Source: Octopus sinensis
Lineage: Eukaryota
Reading direction: 5' to 3'
Length of the DNA: 50,346 nucleotides
Assembly: GCF_006345805.1 (NCBI RefSeq)
Contig: NW_021834380.1
Span: 1 to 50,346, forward strand
Positions 48,265-50,346 of the stretch are shown here, in pieces. The position numbers and the translations under genes were made by a program. Position 1 is the first letter of the stretch. Every line of letters starts with the position of its first letter. A model generated the notes under the pieces. That model made no database searches and was not told the DNA's origin. It worked only from the letters and a program-made list of their open reading frames with translations.

Positions 48265-48551
48265 ATGTGTCTGTATGTATGTATATATATATATATATAA
48301 TATATATATATATCTATGTGTCTGTATGTATGTATTATATATATATATTATATATAATATAATCTATGTGTCTGTATGTATATATATATATCTCGGTGTA
48401 TGTATGTATATATATATATATATATCTATATAAATATATATATCTATTGGGTCTATATATATCTATGTGTCTGTATGTAATATATATATATATAAATATA
48501 TATATCTATGTGTCTATATGTATATATATATATAATATAATTATATGTGTC

Positions 48552-48588
<37 letters not shown>

Positions 48589-48602
48589 ATGTGTCTATAG
48601 TA

Positions 48603-48633
<31 letters not shown>

Positions 48634-48792
48634 ATATCTATGTGTCTATATGTATATATATATATATATATCTAGTGTCTATATGTATATATATATATAT
48701 ATATATATCTATGTGTCTATATGTATATATATATATATATTATATAATATATATATATGTGTCTATATGTATATATATATATATCATGTGTC

Positions 48793-48834
<42 letters not shown>

Positions 48835-48990
48835 GATATAATATATATATCTATGTTGTCTATATATCTATGTGTCTGTATGTATATATATATATAAATA
48901 TATATATATCTATGTGTCTATATATATCTATGTGTCTGTATGTATTATATATATATAATATATATATATATATGTGTCTATATATATAGT
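47850..48990. repeat. compound minisatellite TCTATGTGTCT(G/A)TATG-(TA)n
   Basis: more than 1.1 kb of nearly pure A/T with a recurring 16-bp unit. Confidence 0.95.
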
Positions 48991-49922
48991 AATTAGATAA
49001 TATACACAGAAATACACACACGCGATGGTGATTGTGTGTGTGCATAGACGCAAAACGATTTCTTTAGAAGTGGTGTAAAGTGTACTCAACACACATTCAC
49101 ACACTGTCTGTTCTAATTTGAATCATAACTCCATAGATTATGTAATATAATAAAATTTCAAATTTAGAGATAATCCAAAAAAAAAAGTAAGAAAACGAAA
49201 TTAAAAATGAGAAATTTTTCTTTCTTTTATTTGCTCGTCTACTTTCAGTCTTCACAAAAATTTAGTAATGTAATGAAAACTATTTTACAAAATGCAATCA
49301 ACATTTGAAGTAATTTTTCGGTATGGGCATATTTATTACCTCAGATTCTCTAGAGGTTACCAACAAGAGAATTGTAGTCGGTGGAGAAATGTTTCCCAGC
49401 ATTTTCTCTTTTCTTTTTTTTTTTTTTTTTTATTAGATTTGACTCAATCGAATATTTGCTTCTATAAAAAGCAACTTTTTATCAGCTTCCTCCTCCAATT
49501 GCGATTGGTTTTTCTGAATCGATCAAATATTTCTTTGCATTTTAATGGCTTCTGGTGTGCGTTTTTTCTTCGTTTATGCATTTGTTATGTTATATTTCCT
49601 CTGCAAATGGGGTAAATAAAAACACATATACACTATTGCGAACCTAGAATGTGAAAGAATTCAATAATAGCAATCATCTCAGTTCAGACGTTTCTATGCC
49701 TATCAGGTCCTATCTTCTGCTATATACAATATAATGACCAACATTCAATACTAAACCATCTTGTTATTATCCCGATAATAAAGCAACAATCTAGTTTCTA
49801 TTGCCGTAAATTAACACCTTAAATCTTTCTATAGAAAGTACTTGTGATTTCATTCAAGAGTATTCGCATTTTGCATCTGACCAAAATGGTTTAGCTGTAC
49901 CAATAATGTGTGTGTGTGTGTA

Positions 49923-49979
<57 letters not shown>

Positions 49980-50346
49980 TTAGCTTTTCTTTTCTTGTTT
50001 TATTGATTCTGGTGAGCGGCTGTAGCCGAGCTAGGGCACTCAGGTGTTTCGACATCCAACAATGTATACACGCAAACGCACTTATACACTCTCACATATA
50101 TGTTCACATATGTGTGTATGCGAGAGCGTGTGTATATTAACATTTTAGAATTGAATTGGAAAATACATTCTTCAGTGTAATTGACTTGGAAATGTCCTCA
50201 AAAGAGAGCAAATCCCTGAAATTTCGATCTATTTATGTTATACGCAGATATCGATGAAGTTTTCGGATAACACCTTAGCCTAGCGTATCAAAAATATACG
50301 CATCCGTCACATTCATGAATCACAAATAGAATTCTGTTTCTTCGTA

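Noticed and set aside
49340-49410. KRIVVGG resembling a trypsin IVGG start
   Set aside because: Motif imperfect, no donor site and no downstream protease motifs.
49684-49712. Minus-strand CTGATAG...GAAACGTC hammerhead-like string
   Set aside because: Core G8/A9 wrong and no stem II.

Overview
AT-rich, microsatellite-dense eukaryotic DNA, most likely an octopus/coleoid intergenic or intronic region (inferred from the tRNA-derived SINE families and repeat landscape; not verified). I recognise no host protein-coding gene, and most listed ORFs are microsatellite read-through. The window is a layered transposon graveyard. It holds at least four tRNA-headed SINE families (labelled A, B, C, E here) with nested and chimeric copies, and decayed LINEs of the CR1-like, RTE and R4/Dong (REL endonuclease) types. 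It also holds several Tc1/mariner relics and MITEs, a non-autonomous Helitron, and Penelope-like element (PLE) relics. The most interesting signals are: (1) several distinct minimal type I hammerhead-ribozyme motifs in PLE-type repeats, each with a palindromic stem III, the architecture known to self-cleave as dimers; (2) a Helitron flanked by an exact-length 100-bp direct duplication; (3) a ~330-bp inverted duplication 3.6 kb apart; (4) a SINE family sharing its 3' tail with a CR1-like LINE in the same window; (5) a ~1.35-kb tandem duplication carrying a ~470-bp palindrome; (6) a ~650-bp alternating purine-pyrimidine minisatellite. Coordinates were read by eye, so degenerate ends are approximate.
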